From Auanema rhodensis (Eukaryota; Animalia; Nematoda): 64,000 nucleotides of DNA. The translations under genes and the position numbers were made by a program. The notes beneath the pieces were generated by a model, which made no database searches, had not been told where the DNA came from, and was given only the letters and a program-made list of their open reading frames with translations. The stretch lies in assembly GCA_964057225.1 (NCBI GenBank), contig OZ059900.1:10912001-10976000 (forward strand), read 5' to 3'. Below, piece by piece: positions 25,001 to 39,248 of this stretch (within the stretch, counting starts at the first letter, position 1; each line of letters opens with the position of its first letter).

Positions 25001-27118
25001 ATGTCTCCGGTTCCCAAAATTTCCGTTATTGCTCATTCAGTTGCTGAAGAAAGAATACATTCTGACTACATTGACAATCAGTTAATACAAGAGAACAAGC
25101 CATGCGTATTAGATAATAATCAAAATCATAGGGAAAAATGTGCAATAGATATGATTGAAGTTTGTAATTTACTTTCTGTTTAATTTGAAAATATAATATA
25201 GGCGGATACATCCAAAGAGAATGCTAATATGGGATTAGCAAACAAATCAGTAACAGAAAAGCAATCATTCATGTCAACTGAAATAATTCAGGTAAAATAA
25301 GGAATAATTCTAATTCTCATTAAAATTAAAGAACAACGTCGAAGAAGAGCAAACAGTTATCAAGGACCAAATGTCCTTCAAATCTATTCCGGAAGAAGAA
25401 ACTATTCCACCAACTAATATTCCGCCAACTAATATTCCGCCAACTAATATTCCGCCAACTAATATTCCACCAACAACGCTGATTGATAAAGCAGTAGAAG
25501 GATATTCATTAATAAAAGAATCAAATGCTAAAACAATATGGGAGGCGTTCAAAGAATGTGGACCAAGCGAAGGTTGTATTGAAATTCAGTATTGATTAAT
25601 GTGTTTCATGATATAGTACGCAAAAGCGAAAGTAGCGAAAGTACGCTAGATCAAATACTTCGTTTAAAACAACCGGATTTGACCGAAAAGTGGTGTAGAA
25701 AAAATACTTTCTCACATGGAAAATTACAAAGGTACGTTCGACTACGTCAGTTTGTTTGTAACTCATTTTTCTAGTGAGCTTCTGGGAAATATAAATATAA
25801 AAAACACAACTTTTGCAGAAGAAAAGCCATCAACCGAAAATATTTCTAAGTTTATAAAAGAATAAGATTTTTAATAATTTTAATTGTTCAGAAAGGAAAA
25901 TCAAATTATAGATCATAATTTGAATGAATCAGTTGCAGATGAACATCTCGAATCAATTGATAGAAACGCTTTACTGGCTTTATGCGAAAATAGCATTCTG
26001 CTTGAAAATCCTTTAGTGAAATCTGAGATTATATGTTTCCGGAAACATTCTAAAAGTGTACCTAACATTAGGGAAACAAAATGGCAACATAGTATATTTC
26101 GAAGTGTGGATTCATCTAGATTGCAAGAAAACAAAAAAAACAAACATTCTGAAGTAATGGGAGACCCTATCTTCTCGCTATATGATAAACACAATTTGTC
26201 AAGATCAGTGAAAGTAGACACAAGTAGATCAGACAATAAATTATCTTTGAACGAGTTTATTGATGATCCAAAACTTCCCTATAACTTTACAGGTTCGTCT
26301 ATAACTATGATTTACATTGGATATTTAATTTCATATGTTTAGAGCATACAAAGTTTTGTAACGATATCAACATTGACACGGAACAATGTTCATCAACGCG
26401 TATACGAGAGCACAATATTAAATTTTTACCAACAGGTGTAAAATCTACAAAAAAAAATGAATCTTTTCGCAATGACGAGCAGAAAGAGGAAAATGATAGT
26501 CAGAAAGATGATGAATGCAAGCTTAGAGAAAAAATGAGCACCAACTATCGTATAAATTTATCGCCAAAACATAAATTACCGAGAGGCAGCTACGGATCTT
26601 TGGTTGAAATGAAATGTACAAAGGTTCAAGGAAATTCTAACTTTTTCAAACCCAAAACTCGGGGTAGTAATCGAAGTAGCCCACCTGATCATCGGATAAA
26701 AACTTCTTCTGGAAACGGCTTCCGCTTCAGTAAAAGGAAAAATGTATGTTTATTCCTTTTAAAAAGACTTTTTGAATTTTTTAATTTATTTTAGAATATA
26801 AAACAGGAACCATCACTAAAATTAGATAAATGGTGATCTTTTTCACATTTTCATGTTCAGTATAATTAATTCATTTCGTTTTTTAGTATGACTGCACCCT
26901 CATCTCATAGATTAGCAGACGGAACTTTTCTTTCATCTTCTCCATGCTCTATAATTGATTCCTATGATTGCCACAAGAATACTACTGCTCCCACTTATAT
27001 AGAAAGTCGACGACTTAGGTAATAAAAATTCAACAGACCTATGAAAAACTAATTTAGACGAAACTCCCAAGTGAAAAAAATGCATAGAACAAAAGAAGAG
27101 CTTTGGTGGGATGGATAA
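22019..27118 (+). CDS. Large type I membrane protein: signal peptide, LDL-receptor class A repeats, mucin-like stalk, Cys-rich/EGF-like module, TM helix, long low-complexity cytoplasmic tail
   Basis: LDLa CHLGDFDCGLGECIPVTSFHNGQPDCKDGSDE and a degenerate FPCKGYG...DCIDKSDE, a 1.4-kb S/T/P-rich exon, CTSCNLDPNGTVCFCENSC, and TM LFYVLVLLAIALAFVFCCCLF. Further exons appear to continue to ELWWDG*. Continuity of the tail exons is less certain. Confidence 0.65.
25404..25475 (+). repeat. Coding 15-bp minisatellite x5 (IPPTN repeat)
   Basis: ATTCCRCCAACTAAT is repeated about five times, in frame. Confidence 0.95.
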
Positions 27119-27356
27119 AATTGTCAGAAAAAAATTTTTTTTGATGTGGTAAAAGCTTTTTATTGTTTTTTTTTCATTCAGTTACATTTTGATTCAAATG
27201 TTCAAAGTTTCATTTTTCTATTCAAGAAATTGAAAATTTTCGTCTTTCTGTCCTCTCATGAATTTTTATCAATATGTAAATAAAATCTTTTAATTTATCA
27301 ATGTTTGCTCTAAGCTGTTCACGGTAGAATCTATTGCAAAATGCCAATAAGAGACA

Positions 27357-27366
27357 GGGGGCGGAG
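27357..27366 (+). promoter_or_regulatory. GC-box (Sp/KLF-type) GGGGGCGGAG upstream of unc-6
   Basis: Consensus GC-box in AT-rich DNA about 220 bp before the ATG, with a second G-rich box GGGGGAGGAG about 25 bp downstream. Confidence 0.35.
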
Positions 27367-27581
27367 TCAGTCTCATCAATGAATGGGGGAGGAGATTTAA
27401 AGACAAAGAAATGGCATACTGAGAAGCAAAATATTCCTCATCCCATGAAGAACTCTTATATATGTTTCTGTTTAACGAAATAGCTGTAATCATTTGATTA
27501 ACAAACTTATTTTAACTTTTTCTTGATTTCAATATCGCGCATTGCTTATTATTTTTATTAATTTTGGAATATTTCTTTAGA

Positions 27582-30500
27582 ATGTTGCAAGTTCTTATAA
27601 TTTTTTATTTGCTACCTGGTATACATGCTGCATACTTTTCTCAGGTATATGCATATTCGATCTAAATTTGTTATTATTTAATACTTAGTTCTCTCTTCGA
27701 AAACCGGATCATGACCCTTGCTATGATCAAGGAGGTCGACCGATTCGATGTGTTCCTGAGTTTATAAATGCTGCCTTTGGCAAACCTGTAGTTGCAACAA
27801 GCACATGTGGTATGAACGGAGAAACACAGTAAGTTTTATTCCAACAACTATTTCATTCTGTCATTATTAACTATATCTAAATTTTACTCTTCAATACCTT
27901 CATAGGTTTTCAAAGTATACGCAATATTTTAGAAATATTTCTGCTGAAAATTAATTATTATTTTCTATTCATAATTTTGTAACGCTTTTATTCTTTATTG
28001 TATTCGAACAAATGAGATCAGCCTATATACTTCTCTTGCTCTAATAATCGTATATTTCCCATGATTATACTTAATCCAATAATAAGCCTATCCTTCTCAT
28101 AATGATTAATGAATCTCATAAATAGACAAATGAGACAAATATTCTTGGTAACTGCAGAGTGACACATATAAAACGTTGAAAAAATAGAGCACAACAACAT
28201 TGTGCATTTTTTGAATATTATACTTATCTAACATTATTGCAGATATTGCTTTCCTAGAACATCTTCTACCATATATAAAGAAAAAATTTGTTCTGTATGT
28301 AATAATCAAGAAAAGACAGCATCACATTCAGCAGGTCTATTGACGGATTTGAATATTCAAGGAAAAACTACCTGTTGGCTGTCAGATCCATCAAATGACA
28401 ATAATGTTGTTAACTTGACGTTGTCACTGGGAAAAAAATTTGAACTTACTTATATATCTATGCAATTTTGCTATCGTAAGCCAGATTCCTTCATTTTACT
28501 GAAGTCTGCCGATAATGGCAAATCATGGATACCGTACCAGTACTATTCATCAGACTGCTTGAAGGTTTTTAACAAACTACCAGACGTTCCTATAACTAAA
28601 CACAATGAGCAGGTATTGGTTAAGTTGTATCTTGAATTTAATTTTGCTCTTCTATCAGGAAGCAATTTGTACCGATCTTCGGTCTATATCCACATCTGGA
28701 AATAAAATTGCCTTTCCATTGATAGAAAACCGACCATCGGCTCTAAACTTTGAGAATTCTCCAGTACTCCAAGATTGGGTTACTGCAACTGATATTCGAG
28801 TTGTTTTCACACACTTAAATTCGGTAACGGTATGAATATATGATCTAGGTTTCATTCATTGTTAATTAATATTCTGAATGTTCAGGAATCTGGTGAAAAT
28901 AATCAAACATTACTGGAGAGTGAGGATGAAGTTTCTACGAATTTTTATTCTATGGGAGATTTAGCTGTGGGAGGAAGATGTAAATGTAATGGGCATGCAA
29001 GTCGGTGCATTGTTGATAAAAAAGGAAAAGTAAGAATTAAAGTTTGAAATAAAATAAAAAATTTAATTATAGTATGTTTGTGACTGTCGACATAACACAG
29101 CTGGGACAGAATGTGAAACCTGTAAGCCATTCTATTTTGATCGGCCTTGGAGTCGCGCAACTTCCAGAAATGCTAATGCGTGTTCAGGTAAATTTTTTAT
29201 TTTAATATTTTCGACTGAATATATAAATTTGTTCAAATTTTGAGTTAAAAAGGTTAAAATCTTATCAGTTTAAAACAGAACTGAACAAATAAAAGCTATT
29301 CTTTTGTAATAATATGGATTTGTATTCATGACAGAAGACGCGAAATTGTTATTTCAAAAAGAGCACCTGCTGTTTTGTTGTCCTTATATAATGGTAAAGT
29401 GGCAGGTCTGATGAGTATAAATGTGTTAGTGTGACACTTGTGACTTCCCATCTTGACCTTCATCACCTAATCCTATATCTGTATATTGTTTCACATTCTT
29501 TGTCATACAATGTATATGAATGCCGTAATCCACAAAAGATCTATCTGGAGCACCCGCCCTTTTCCATATGCTGAAGTATTAGCTCAGCATCTTCTCTTAG
29601 ATTATTATTCAAGGCCTCAATAATGCAGCGTTCTCACAATATGCGTCGGATTATGAGCGGCTCAAGATCTTTAAGTAATGTATTATATATGACACCTCCT
29701 AATGCCAGAAGCATAATCTTTTTCTTCTTTGTTTTATGGTTTGAGAGGGCCATTAAAGTGGTCATAAAAGGATTGGAGCCTGAAATTTATACTTACTGCA
29801 TTACTCGGAGAAGGGACGTTCCAAACGAATGTTCAAATGCCCACATATAGTAATTCACAACACAATCTGAACTCACATACTGTTCTCACAAATACTTTCA
29901 ATTCGAAAATATGAGCATCAGTGAATGTTATCTTTTTTAACCTTTACAACAAATACATATTCATCAAAGAATGTAACTTCTTCAGGAGAATTGTTGTGTT
30001 GAAAAATTGAATCACGAATACATTAGGTTGGGGGATTCTGTAGAAAAACTCATTTCCGTTAAAGTGAATTGAATTGTCTTCATTTCTGTTTAAAGACCAA
30101 ATTTTTGCCATAAATTGTATTAAGCATTCCTATTTAATTATATTTGGTCCAGTTGTCGTCCCACTATCGATTTTCATATAACCGAAGCTTTTCTGGCATC
30201 AATCTACTTCTGATTAATACCTACTATTTTCAGCATGCAATTGCAATATGCACGCGAAACGATGTAGATTTGACAATGAAATTTTTAAGTTAAGTGGATA
30301 TAGGTAAGAATAGAATCAGAAAAAGTGGAAGATGAAAGAGGACAAATTTTGAAATATTTAGAAGTGGCGGCGTGTGTATCAATTGCAAGCATAATACGGC
30401 AGGCCGGAACTGTCATCTGTGCAAACCAGGATATCACAGAGATGTAGCATCTCCATTATCTAGTCGGCGTGCCTGCAAAGGTTAACTTTTACTTTTTAAT

Positions 30501-31450
30501 TAAAACTCTTAATTAGAATAATTGATTAAAATGCTAATTAACTGACAAAGTTTAATTAATTTTGTTTATGTAGGCTGCCAATGCCATCCAGTTGGATCTT
30601 TAGGACGCAGCTGTCATCAAGAATCTGGCCAATGTGTCTGCAAGACCGGAGTAACAGGATTAACATGTAATCGATGTGCGAACGGATATCAACAAAGCCG
30701 TTCTTCGGTTAACCCATGCATACGTTAGTTACTTACTTTTCATATTACGTTAATTGAATCAAGAAGCATAAGGAAAATTTATAATTTATTCAGGAATTCC
30801 CGAAAAAAATATTACATCCACTAAAAGCTCAGAGACAGGAAAATCATATAAGAGTAAAGGTACATAATTGAAATATAAAGGATTTGAAACATAGTATTTT
30901 AGACATATGCGAAAAATGTCGAGAGTTTAATAAAGTTACCCAAAGAAAGTATTGCTCTCGAGATACAGGTAAAAATTTATTTTTATTACGCACACTTTAT
31001 ATTGTTTGTTTAGTTCTCAAAGTATCAATCATAAAGAAGGAAGCAGAATACAACTGGATTAAATATAGTATTCACGTCGATACTAGCTATAAACTTTCCA
31101 ATCACACTGAAAACATATCCTCATTATGGATACCAACTGGCTTGCAATCATGCAAATGTCCAAAAATCAGATTGGGCAAAAAATATGTTGTACTCGGTAT
31201 TGAAATGTTAAATTACATTAAATTATTGAAATATTCAAGGCATGAGCTCAAGAAATTTTGATCGCAACAAGTTGGTTTATGATAGCAAAATGTCAATGAT
31301 TGAATGGACTGCCGAAATTGATGAGAAGGTTAGTACTAATAAAACCATTTAAATACTTGTACTATTCATTTGTTGTTTCAGATATCAAAATTCAATTCCA
31401 GTACTGCAAAAAGCTGTGTTGATCAGAAGCATTCGCGTATTCGGAAATAA
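27582..31450 (+). CDS. unc-6: Netrin / UNC-6
   Basis: Signal peptide plus [40 protein letters not shown], laminin VI ([14 protein letters not shown]; [18 protein letters not shown]), three laminin-EGF repeats ([15 protein letters not shown]; [10 protein letters not shown]; [13 protein letters not shown]) and a C-terminal NTR domain ([13 protein letters not shown]). Confidence 0.96.
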
Positions 31451-32211
31451 AAATTAATGTTGACGTTTTTCATAATGTTTTTATATGTTCCTATATTTCA
31501 TATTTTCATATTATGTTCCCAGAAATATCCAATGTAGTATGTAAAAGGCTATATTTAACAAATTAGCTAATTTCTCACCAATAAAATCGTTTTTATTCTA
31601 ATTGGGAACAATTTCATTAATTTTTTGATAAGAATGAAAAAAATGAATTTGTTCACAGATGGTTGCTCCCTGCTTTTGGACAAAGTTGTGTAATTGAGAT
31701 TGTTATCATATCCACTTTGAGGTGAATAACAAAAAAAGAAACAAGACCCAGGTTTCTTTCATTTGGAAAAGAATATCTTTGATCATTCAACTACGCCTTT
31801 GACTAAACCGGGTCATCGCAAATAGAAGACATGGAATTTCGCATACAATAGAGGCAGAAAAGATAATGTGATTTCGAGATATTCTGAGAAACAAGATGTC
31901 ATCTTTATGAACTAGGTCAATCGCCTTAATCGGCGTATTCTTCAAGTTTGAAATTGAAAGTGGTCTATTCAGTTCCGCGAAGACGTCTTGTTCTATTAGA
32001 AATCTTTCACATCCCTTGTTCATCAGTTCTGATAGATATTTTAAGAAAGATTATGTTGTCATTTTATTTTCTAAGCACTGATTTTGTTACATATAGCTTT
32101 ATCTTGATAAGTTTAGTTCAACCAACATGGATGGTTAATACTTTTGCTTTCTCTGTTTTTCATATGTGTCATACATACATTTTTTAACTACAGATTTTTT
32201 TCTTTACAGAT

Positions 32212-34226
32212 ATGAGACTAATTCTTTGTCTATTTTTTGTCATACAACGTGAGTCTTATATATGTATACTCAAATAATTCTTGAAAACTATTTAGCGATA
32301 TGGACATGTTTCCGAACCGACTATCGTTCATATCAGTATGGAGCTCCTACTCAGCAGTTTGCTCAAGCCCCTGCATCACAAGTAGCTCAACCAGCACGCG
32401 TAGCTGCTGCTGGAAAATCCCACCCTACTCAACCAATAACTTCCCCCTCAATTAATGGTTTTTTTTTCTTCTAAATTTTCCTAAAAAGCATATAATTAAG
32501 ATGTGTTTGAATCTGGAAATGGATACTTAAAGGAATACTCAGCTGAGGGATATAATGCTGAAGGTGGTGGACCAGTTCAATCAGGTTCGTTTTTTGTCAT
32601 GTATCAGACTGATTGTTATTTTGTGAAGGACATTCATTGAGCTGTGACTTTGACAGTAAGCCATGTTGCTGGGCAAATGTACCTCAACCAGACGATCAGT
32701 TAGATTGGAACTTAGCGCAAGGACAGTTGGACACATCTCGTTTCCCATCGGCTCCTTATCAAAGTGTGTTACCAACTTAAACTTTTGGTAAAGTAGTTGT
32801 CATTAAGATAGCAGTTTCATCATGGTACACGCACAAGGAGCAGCTCCATCTGATGAAGCCCAGTTAGCATCATGCTCAATTGGATGTGCTTCTTCAGAAA
32901 TTATTGTTCAAGTAAAGCACTGGCAAACCGAAAGCGTTCTGCTTCAAGTTTGCTTGAGAGAGTCATTTCCTAATGATGTTCAAAACAATGCTCTTTTGAG
33001 TTGCCAAGAATTACCCTCTGTTTCTACTCTTACATTAACTGAAATATCGCTTCCTATGACATCATTAGTGGATGTGAGATTAATATATCAGTTTGGGACA
33101 GATTTTATATAATTAATTTAGGTAGTATTCGTTGCATCAAACTTCGTAGGTGAAAATGGAGATGTAGCCGTCATTGATGATATCAACATTTCTTACAAAT
33201 CTGATGAAGTTATATGTAATCAGAACAATGCGATTTTAGCTGACAAGAGAAAAGATGCTTCACATAAACAATTTTTCGAAACTAACCGACATCAGACCGC
33301 AACTTTAGATAGGGTTAAAACACTGAGTGAACATGATATCATAAGTTATTACTTGTAGGTAAAATACCCTGCATCCACTGGAAATGTGGAGAAAAACAAT
33401 GAAGAAATTGAAGTTTTGCAAAGCCTCAAAACGTATAAACTTCTTATATCAATTTTTTATGCAATTATTGATATTTTAGACCAAGCAAGAACCAGTCTAT
33501 CGCTTTAGGAACTCGTACTAAAAGTTTCAGTGAACACGCTTGTGTCCGTGTCAGATGTGATTTTGAAAGTGGTAATAAATGGAAAAAAAGGCTTGTAATT
33601 TTTATTTTAAACAGAAACAATGTGCCACTACAAGGATGCTCAAGGAAGCATCAGTACTAAGGCTCTCAATTCTCGATTCCAAATTGCTAAAGGACATTTC
33701 ATGAACCGAGTCACTGGTGTAAAAGAAAGCAGCGGTATAAAATTTTTTAACACCGATCGATTTCTTACTTATTTATCCAGAAGGAGATTATTATGCTGCA
33801 AGTTTCCTATTCCCAAGAGAAGTGGCTGGCTTAGCAACTAGTATTGAACCATTAAAGGAGACTTCAAGAATTCGTTTCCGGTATTATGAAGGCACACATG
33901 GTGTACAATTGAAAGGTTTGAATAATAGTTTTCAATCATAATGTTTTGAATATTATCTGTTCAGCTTGTTGTGGAACTGTTGATGCTTGCCCATTCAGTT
34001 CAGACAAATTTGTGAGTATTATGGACCGAGTCTGGAAAACAGCTAGCTTCAAATGTCCTATTGGAACAGACAAGGTAATCGATATGAACTGATGATTCTA
34101 CCTCTTATATTGCAGATTTTATTCATATGTGAAAATATACGTACAAATCAAGGAGCTTGTGCTGTAGATGACATTGCAATAATTGAAGATGGAGAATCCC
34201 TTCAAAACGCTAATCCTCTTTGTTGA
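32212..34226 (+). CDS. Secreted protein with two MAM-like domains
   Basis: Signal peptide, then LSCDFDSKPCCWANVPQPDDQLDW...AVIDDINI and VRCDFES...CHY...GACAVDDIAI. These are MAM-type CxFD/E starts and DDI ends. Confidence 0.8.
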
Positions 34227-34853
34227 TGAATTACTATTATCAGTGCTCAATAATGCCATATTCAATATATTAATATATTTATGATGCGTGCAATATGTTT
34301 ATCAAAATTTTTAGTTTGAATAAAACTTTGTTATAAGTCTTTCAAATAAACAAAAACATATCATAAAAATGTACTAACGATTACACTCAGATTTCATATG
34401 AAGATTGCTTTTTTTACTTGCTAACAAAGTATTAATAGAGTATTGATAATGAGAAAAAGATGATAAGTTGACCACAACTTCCCAAAAAAATTTTAAGTTC
34501 AGTGCTTCAGGTAAATATTAAATGGCTCATTGGTTTTGCTGGACAAAACTATATCTCCTTGTGTTTTTTTACAATATCTATATCGATTGGGACCACTGTA
34601 ATGTATAATACAAGTAATAATATGTTATGAGCCATGAACTAAATTTGCGTCAACGTTCATCTTCAAAGGCGCATACCTTGTAACTTATAATAATATTGTC
34701 ATTGTAAATTTATGCTATCTCATTAATACGATAATAATTATTTTTATTTATTGAAATAGTTTTTTTTGGGAATATTTGTCTATATTGCATTGAGATATTT
34801 AAATATAATATTGATACGATATAGCTGTTTTTATTGTTACAACTTTAGCAAGA

Positions 34854-36184
34854 ATGTCGGACTTAGTTTACAATCTAGTTGTGAAGCCTGATATTTCTAA
34901 ACCAAGGTTTGATCAAGGAACATTTGGCGGTCGTGCACAGGTATTTCTTGTAATAATGTGACATCGATAATGTTTTTTCAGCACTTTTTTGCTATAACGA
35001 GCCCTCTGAATCTCTTCTACTCTAGTTCTCAATTACAGAACTTCAAGAAAGTTGTATCTGATTATAAGTAAACAAATGTTTCTATACTTGAATTAATTCA
35101 TTCGAATAGGAATGGTGAAATCCCAAAAGATCTTACTTTGAGTCAGCTATGGAAGGCCAAGCATGTTGTTGATTCTGCTTTTCATCCAGCAACCGGTGAA
35201 GAAACGCTTATCATAGGCCGTATGTCAGCTCAAGTTCCAATGAATATGGTGATTACTGGAGGAATGCTTACATTTTACAAGTTGTTAAAGGATAATTGAG
35301 AAAACAGTACATTTTTTTCTCAGATCTCCTTCTGCCGTAATTTTCTGGCACTGGTTCAATCAATCATTTAACGCTGTTGTCAACTATTCGAACAGATCTG
35401 GTGACGGAGGTTCTAGTACTCAGGTTTTCATTTTAGTTTCGAGGTTTTGAACAATATTCCTTTAGCTTCTTACATCTTACTGTGCAGCTACTGGAGGAGC
35501 CTTGACTGCTGCCTTAGGTTTAAATTCTATTGTTAAGGTTTAAAAATATTCCAGAGTTTTTAACCATGTGTATGTACCATTTTTAGTCTGCCCCTGCAGT
35601 AGTTGGTCGTTTGGTTCCTTTTGTTGCTGTTTGTGTTGCTAATGCAATCAATATCCCAATGATGAGACGAGGGTTCGTAATCGAAACGATAAATGAGTTT
35701 CTGATTTTTTTGTTTGTTATAGAGAACTACAGAATGGAATTGACATCGTAGATTCTGAAGGCAACAAACTGGGTCAATCTCCTAAAATTGCGAAATCGGC
35801 TATTACTCAAGTTTTAATCTCTAGAATTGGAATGGCTACTCCTACTTTTGGTTACTTCACTGCAGTATATCTACTTAATACCAAATTTATTTTTTAGCTT
35901 TGATTCCTTTAATTGTTAGTCAGCTTGAAAATCGTCCATTTTGGAAAAGTAATCCACGGCTTTTGGGGCCACTTCAAGCTGCTCTCTGTGGAATCATATT
36001 GACGTTCTCAACACCTCTGGGTTGTGCACTTTATCCTCAGGTAAGGTTCCATATAGGTACTGAAATTATATTTGGCTTTTAGATGACTCCTGTTCAGATC
36101 TCTGATCTAGAGTATGAACTTCAAGAGAAGATTCGTAATCTACCCAATAGTCCCAAAATTGTTTACTGCAATAAGGGATTGTAA
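34854..36184 (+). CDS. sfxn-1: Sideroflexin (SFXN1/3-type mitochondrial carrier)
   Basis: [27 protein letters not shown]...[39 protein letters not shown], and C-terminal NKGL*. Confidence 0.95.
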
Positions 36185-36392
36185 ACCTTTCACGGCATTC
36201 ATCTCAAATAGGTTGTGCTAGAGATCAAACATTTTATCGATCGTATTAAGAAATGTTTTTTCATATTAGAAATAAAACTATTTTGTTCAACCTCTTTTGA
36301 ATAGTGAGTATTATATCTTGAAAGTTTTGATACACCCTGCTAAAATTATTTTATTATGATTATTATTGAAAAAGACATGTGAAATGTCTCTT

Positions 36393-39248
36393 TTATATCC
36401 TTCTTGCTCTATTAGAATTATCGAAAAAGGAAAGGATATCCGAAGTGGGTGCATCTGTCTCTGTCTCAAGTGGAATGGAAGGTGTTCGACCACCTACAAA
36501 TTTAGCTTTGTAAAATAATACGACATTTTTTCTACCTCCAAAAGATCCTGGTAAACCGGAATCGAATGATGGAAAGTTTTCGATGTCTGTAGCAGATTTT
36601 AGTTCTAGGGTAGGTTCTTTAGGTGCTATCGAACTAACAGGAGTTTTTCTTGTTGTTTCCATTAATAAACCTGAAATAAGCAAATATAAGCACATGAATT
36701 AGTTTTGTAACATATTGAATACCTGACTCATTCTCAAAAGCGGAAACATGTGGTGTCACTATTTCTTGTTCTATATGTGTTTGTTCAGGTCTAATAATTG
36801 GCAGTGTTGAATATTTGGTTTCTGGAATAACTGGAGCAAAATAAGGTGTGTTACTCTCTGGACCAGATGCTCCATCAACTTGCAAAATATCTGAAAATGT
36901 TTCTTTATGAGTAACAGAGTAGCAAATTGAAAAATTCATACGATTTTCTAAGATTCTTTTTTTGGGTTTTTCAGGAAATATTGGAGCTGAGGAACTGGTT
37001 CTGCGTACTGTGTTTTGTTCAGTGAATGTTTCCAAAACATTTTTTTGCAACTGAAATTATTGTAACTATTATCACTAAAAAAAAATAGTTTACCGATTCA
37101 ATGCTCGATAGATTCATTCTGTTCACGGAGTTTGTATTCTCGAAGTTTCTTCCCAGAATTCTTTTTGTGATACTAGACGTTAAATCCTGTAATGTCATCT
37201 GAGGGCTTGGCATAGATTGTCCATATCCATAATAATTGGCATCATTTTTAGGATCATATGTTCGAACACCTGATGCCTTAATAATGTCGTTTTATTTTAA
37301 ACACAAATTATAATACAACCTGAATCGGCCTAGTAAAGTAATACATTAGAGGACGAATAGTATCTAATATACCTGTAATGGGTGTTATCACACTTGTTTG
37401 TACTGGTTGGGAATCTGAATTAGAATTCGCCTAAATTGAAGTACAATATATTCTAGTATCAATTTTGCTTAATAACCTGAATGTTGTACACCGTACCACC
37501 TGCGGATGCATTTCCTTCAATATCTTGTTGAATGGCGGCACTATTGCTTGGAGATTTCTCTGAGCCAGGTGTATAATCACCTTGCACAAATGCGGGCATA
37601 TCTTCATCTTCTGCATCAGGAATACGGCTGAAGTAATTAGTAGGTCACATAGGAGTTCGCATAGCACACATATCGTTATTCACCTACCTAAACTTTTGTT
37701 GAACTTTTGCAAGAGGCATTGCAGACGAATCATCATTGTTAACATTTTCATCCTGTTTTGTGTCATTCACAGAAGTTTCATCTGTTATAATATGATCAGG
37801 TTTCAAAGACACCTCAGTTGCATTAGAACTATTCTCAGTTGTTTCCTCATGTTCGCTATCATTTAACTGAAAAAAAAGTAAATTGGCTGAATCACTTAAT
37901 ATATAATCATACAACATTCTGTTCCGAACTTTCTTCTTTGATATTATTATGTGAATCCGTCTCAATTCCAAACGTTTCTCTTGTTAAATTGAGGTCATTT
38001 GATTTAATCGCCGGCATTATTGTATGCGTTGTTGCGACAGTCGGCAAAAATGTAGATGAAGGTATCGTACTAGATGGATTAGAGACATCAGATACTTTTC
38101 CAGATATTTTATCTGTTTCCTGAAGTATTCAAAATGGTGGGATGATAGATCAAGAAAGTTTTAAGAGTACGTTGAGTGCTTCTTCATTATCCCATTCCTT
38201 TTCCTTTAAGCTATTACGTACAAGTATTTCTTCAGTGTATTCTTTACTGGAGATTGCTGCAGTTTTGTTGTTTTTTTCTTTAGTGCCAGTCGAGTGATTT
38301 GCCTACAATTGTATTGCTTGCATGTATTTAATTTGATCTTTACTTACTTGCAGTTTATCAACCATCGTTTCTTTCAGAATTGATAGAACAGCAGATTCTA
38401 TTCCTACATCAGTTTCATTTGCAGTATGAATTCTTACCGATAAATTTGGACTCAGTTCAGACTTGAAAAGTTTTTTTGAAAAGAATTGTTTGAAAAAATA
38501 GCAAACCTTTAAATTTGTTTTATTGTCTGACAAGATTGTAGCTACTTCCAGACTTTTGTTTTCTTTCTGTTCTGTTTCTTCGATTTTGATATCCTGAAAA
38601 AACACATTTTAATAATATAATATGAAGCTCATTGCTACTGGAATAGTTGAAATAGTTGTTTGATTTTCGGTTAAATAACTCGATTGCTCCTGATCTAATG
38701 TTTTATTGGCAAAATCATTTTGATCCTTTTCTGTAACAGGACTGACAGTTGTGCTCGATATTGTTGTAGGTTTATCAATTTTAGGAATAATAGAAGCTGT
38801 AGTATTGTCTGATATGCTTTTTATTGTAGTTGGCTTGAGAGTAGTTGTTGTAGTAGCCATTGTTTCTGTTCGAATCCTACAAAAAAAATCTACAAAGATC
38901 TTAAATAATGATAAACCTTGGTAGAAGCATATTTAGCAGACGCTCGTTTATAATTTCTCCTCTTGCCTTCGGGACAGATAATAACAGTGATTTGTCCACT
39001 TTCTTGGGACGAACAACTTGCTGTCGTACGTTGTCACTGTTTAAGAAAAATATTTAAAATAAACACACTAAGTCTTACGGTTTATCTCCATTTGTCATTT
39101 TTCTAATCATATGGCCCCAGACATCCATGGCCTCTCGCATTCCAAGCTGATCTTGCAATATTTCGGGAGCATGAGTGGCATCAAAGAAAAATGGAATTTC
39201 CACAGATATTGCTAATTTTAAAATTGAAGCTATTAATAATATTCTCAT
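36393..39248 (-). CDS. Secreted, largely low-complexity (S/T/E-rich, mucin-like) protein with no recognised domain
   Basis: Signal peptide MRILLIASILKLAISVE. Many exons are bounded by GT-AG, including Thr-rich exons (MATTTTTLKPTT). It ends ...DNSNRARRI*. Some internal junctions were not fully verified. Confidence 0.65.

Noticed and set aside
37320-37329. Possible 10-nt microexon flanked by AG and GT on the minus strand
   Set aside because: Including it shifts the frame into a stop, whereas skipping it keeps the frame.
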